From: Candidatus Binatia bacterium
Lineage (GTDB): Bacteria; Desulfobacterota; Binatia; UBA9968; JAJDTQ01
Direction of reading: 5' to 3'
Length of the DNA: 64,000 bases
Assembly: GCA_963666515.2 (NCBI GenBank)
Contig: OY762897.2
Location: 1,792,001 to 1,856,000, forward strand
The notes under the pieces were generated by a model. The model worked only from the letters and a program-made list of their open reading frames with translations. It did not search any database and was not told the origin of the DNA. Position 1 is the stretch's first letter; each line of letters opens with the position of its first letter. Below, in pieces: positions 61,354-64,000 of this stretch. Both the position numbers and the translations under genes were made by a program.

Positions 61354-61587
61354 CTAGTCGCGACCCTCGAATGCGCGCAGCAGATCCTCGTCGAGAGGCT
61401 CATCGAAGTCGTCGGGGACCACGAAACGTCCCTCATCTACGCCGAACACGGGGCTCTTCCGCTCAATGGGAACCAGACGGGCCACGGGACGCCCCGAGCG
61501 GGTGATGACGACATCTTCCCCCTCGACAACCTCTCGCAGCAGCCGGGACAGGTGGGTTTTGGCCTCGTGGACAGTCACTTGGTGCAT
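61354..61587 (-). CDS. Phd/YefM family antitoxin
   Basis: VHEAKTHLSRLL...GEDVVITRSGRPVARLVP; upstream TAGTCA/TGACTA inverted repeats. Confidence 0.9.
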   Translation of the reverse strand: MHQVTVHEAKTHLSRLLREVVEGEDVVITRSGRPVARLVPIERKSPVFGVDEGRFVVPDDFDEPLDEDLLRAFEGRD

Positions 61588-61687
61588 AGTCACAAAATAG
61601 ACTAACCATATGACTAAATCAAACGAACTCCGCGTAGGGCGATTTCGCATTTGTTGCAGGCGTCCGCGAACGTGGCATACTATGGCC

Positions 61688-62025
61688 ATGCGCTTTTTCA
61701 ACACCACCGGGCCGGTCGTTCCCGCCGACCACTACTGCATCCGGCCCCTGGAGCGCCTGAATCTCGACGAAGTCCTCACCCTCGTCCGCGACAAGCGCTA
61801 CTTCGTGCTGCACGCGCCGCGGCAGACCGGCAAGACGTCCGCCCTGCTGGCGTTGCGGGAGTTGCTGAACGGTGGCTCCGAAGGCGGCTACCGTTGCGTG
61901 TACGCCAACGTCGAGGGCGCCCAGGCGATGCGCGAGGACGTGGCCGAGGCCATGCGGAGGGCGGTCTGGAGGTGGAGAAGCTGCTGGCGGCTTTCCAGAC
62001 GTTTTTCCGGGAGCACTCGGAGCAC
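61688..62025 (+). pseudogene. Internally deleted P-loop ATPase (AAA_35-like) gene remnant
   Basis: MRFFNTTGP...HAPRQTGKT N-terminus abuts, out of frame, a distal-looking fragment LEVEKLLAAFQTFFREHSE; its 5' 194 bp repeat at 63807-64000. Confidence 0.75.
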
Positions 62026-62103
62026 AAGGGCCGCCGATCTACCCGGAGCGTTTCGCGATCGGCGACCGGGAAGGTTCGGAACAAACGCGAACCCTTGGCA
62101 GCA

Positions 62104-63693
62104 TCAACCGACATCCGCCACCTCGAACTCGGTCAGGTTGCGCGCATCGCGGCTGAACTCGACGGCGATCAGATGGATGGGCTGCCCCGTGCCCCGGTAA
62201 CGGTCGGCATAACCCCTTGCGCGCAACTGTGCCATGGCCGAACCCGGCGGCGAAAGCTCGATCACCTTGAACTCGAACAGGTAGACGTGGCCGTTGAAGC
62301 GCACGGCCATGTCCAGGCGGCCGTGGCTACTGCTTTCCTCCACGGTGACGTCCAGCCCCAGTGCGGCGAAGTAGGAGTAGAAGACACTGGCGTAGTAGCC
62401 CTCGTAGTGGGCGATGTCGTTGTTGGTGTACCACTCGTAAGGGATACTCGCGAAGAATGCGTGGAACAGTTCCTTCATGCCGTCGAAGTCGTTGGCCTCC
62501 AGCAAACGGTACAGCCGGATGCTGTTCGCCATCTGTTGCGTCGCATCCTGCACCCAGTAACGCAGGAGATGTTCGTTGAGACTCTGGCGGACTTCATGGT
62601 TCGGATAGCCCAGCCGGTACACGGCCTTGGTTCCGAGCTTCTCCATCGACTCGATGGTCAGGTAGCCGGTCTGAAACAGCAGCGCCTCGGTTCCGATATG
62701 ATCCACGTCAAAGGCGGACAGAAGCTCCTCGTTGCCCGCCATACCGTCCAGCGCCAGCGATCCGGTCCGCCGCCGGAACAGCGTCTCCACCAGGAACCGG
62801 GGCGTGCCGGTCTCGAACCAGTAGGCGCCGAACTCGCGCCGGCGCAGCAACAGAAGGATGTCGAACGGATTGTATACCTTCTCGTCGCCCAGCCAGTTGT
62901 AACCGTTGTACCAGTCGCGGATCTGGTCCCGGTCGAGGCCGGAAAGCTCGGGCGCGAACACCCGGTCGAGGTCCGCATCCGTGTAGCCGCAAACCGCGGC
63001 GTATTCCGGCTCCAGCGTGATGTCGATGAGATTGTTCAAACCCGAGAACAGGCTCACCTTGGAGAACTTGCTCACGCCTGTGAGAAAGGTGAAGCAGACG
63101 TGCGCGTCCGCGTCCTTGATGGACGCGTACAGCCCGCGCAGAAAGTCGCGGTTGGCCCGGGCCACCGACCTTGTGCCCGTATCGTCCCCAGGCTTGTCCA
63201 TCTCTCCGGCCGCCCCTAACGCATCCAGGATCGGCTTGTCGTACTCATCCACCAGCACCACCGCCGGACGCCCGGCCCGCTCGTGCAAGGCCCGGAGCAC
63301 TGACATGAAGCGGCCCGGCGCCGTGCCATGTCCGGTCTCGATGCCCCAGTCGCGCTCTACCGCGGCGAGTTGTTCCACCGACCTCGCTTCGACTTGGCCC
63401 GGTTGCGTGAAGTCGCCGCTGCCGAAACTCAGGCGCACCACCGGGTAACGCACCGACCAGTCCCACTGTCCGTGAATGGCCAACCCCTCGAACAGGGCCT
63501 CGTTGCCCTCGAACATCTCTTTCAGCGTGTCCAAGAAAAGGCTCTTGCCGAAACGCCGCGGCCGCGAAAGGAAATAGTGCTTGCCGTCGTCGAGCAACCG
63601 CCGGATGTACGGCGTCTTGTCAACGTAGTAGCAGTCTCTCTCCCGAACCTCGCGGAAAGTCTGGATGCCAATGGGCAGCCTGCGCCGGACCAT
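62104..63693 (-). CDS. AAA-ATPase-like domain plus C-terminal PD-(D/E)XK nuclease protein
   Basis: LPIGIQTF, YYVDKT, RPRRFGKS, VDEYDKP, C-terminal GRLDM...FEFK. Confidence 0.9.
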   Translation of the reverse strand: MVRRRLPIGIQTFREVRERDCYYVDKTPYIRRLLDDGKHYFLSRPRRFGKSLFLDTLKEMFEGNEALFEGLAIHGQWDWSVRYPVVRLSFGSGDFTQPGQVEARSVEQLAAVERDWGIETGHGTAPGRFMSVLRALHERAGRPAVVLVDEYDKPILDALGAAGEMDKPGDDTGTRSVARANRDFLRGLYASIKDADAHVCFTFLTGVSKFSKVSLFSGLNNLIDITLEPEYAAVCGYTDADLDRVFAPELSGLDRDQIRDWYNGYNWLGDEKVYNPFDILLLLRRREFGAYWFETGTPRFLVETLFRRRTGSLALDGMAGNEELLSAFDVDHIGTEALLFQTGYLTIESMEKLGTKAVYRLGYPNHEVRQSLNEHLLRYWVQDATQQMANSIRLYRLLEANDFDGMKELFHAFFASIPYEWYTNNDIAHYEGYYASVFYSYFAALGLDVTVEESSSHGRLDMAVRFNGHVYLFEFKVIELSPPGSAMAQLRARGYADRYRGTGQPIHLIAVEFSRDARNLTEFEVADVG

Positions 63694-63848
63694 GCGGACA
63701 TCTTACCCCGAAGCCCGGATACAGCAAAGCCGGGCCAAAGCGGTCATCCACGGGCCGGCGGCGGGCTTGGTTGAAGGGGACATTGCCGCCGGGAGGAAGC
63801 CCCGACCGCATTTGTTGCAGGCGTCCGCGAACGTGGCATACTGTGGCC

Positions 63849-64000
63849 ATGCGCTTTTTCAACACCACCGGGCCGGTCGTTCCCGCAGACCACTACTGCA
63901 TCCGGCCCCTGGAGCGCCTGAATATCGACGAAGTCCTCACCCTCGTCCGCGACAAGCGCTGCTTCGTGCTGCACGCGCCGCGTCAGACCGGCAAGACGTC
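63849..64000 (+). CDS. P-loop ATPase (AAA_35-like), 3' truncated by the window edge
   Basis: MRFFNTTGPVVPADHYCIRPLER...HAPRQTGKT. Confidence 0.7.
   Translation, partial: MRFFNTTGPVVPADHYCIRPLERLNIDEVLTLVRDKRCFVLHAPRQTGKT

Noticed and set aside
61610-63219. ORFs 61610-62200 and 61651-63219 as intact genes
   Set aside because: They are chimeras of the deleted ATPase remnant and antisense sequence of the 62104-63693 gene.

Overview
High-GC bacterial chromosomal window. The gene content looks Deltaproteobacteria/Binatia-like, but taxonomy is only an inference. 1-12.4 kb is a defence island: an Mza-type restriction-like operon (ankyrin-sigma70, GHKL/MutL ATPase, Z1 helicase-like protein, DUF4420 PD-(D/E)XK protein, AIPR) followed by Vsr and a C5 cytosine methyltransferase. 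The Z1 gene is split just after its Walker B motif by an 1867-bp insertion (4292-6158) that I cannot assign to a known IS family. It has no terminal inverted repeats, a CGCTAG direct repeat at both junctions, a terminal GAGGC-GAA-GCCTC hairpin, a multi-hairpin 5' leader that hides the RBS, and one 535-aa protein with rolling-circle-initiator-like motifs plus a C-terminal winged helix. This is the most interesting object in the window: a candidate unclassified rolling-circle/ssDNA transposon. The rest is mostly core and catabolic genes: tRNA-Ser(GGA), dtd, trmL, an ABC system, coxGMS-like genes, rpoH, pgpA, an Ntn acylase, nrdJ with NrdR boxes, mlaEFD, an RlmD-like methyltransferase, a TlpA-Lgt fusion, ctaG, mltA and an imine/amide catabolic cluster. 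It also holds three toxin-antitoxin modules, CGTC-type REP-like palindromes, and a decayed tandem duplication of divergent AAA-ATPase genes at the right end. All family calls come from motif recognition by eye; no searches were run.
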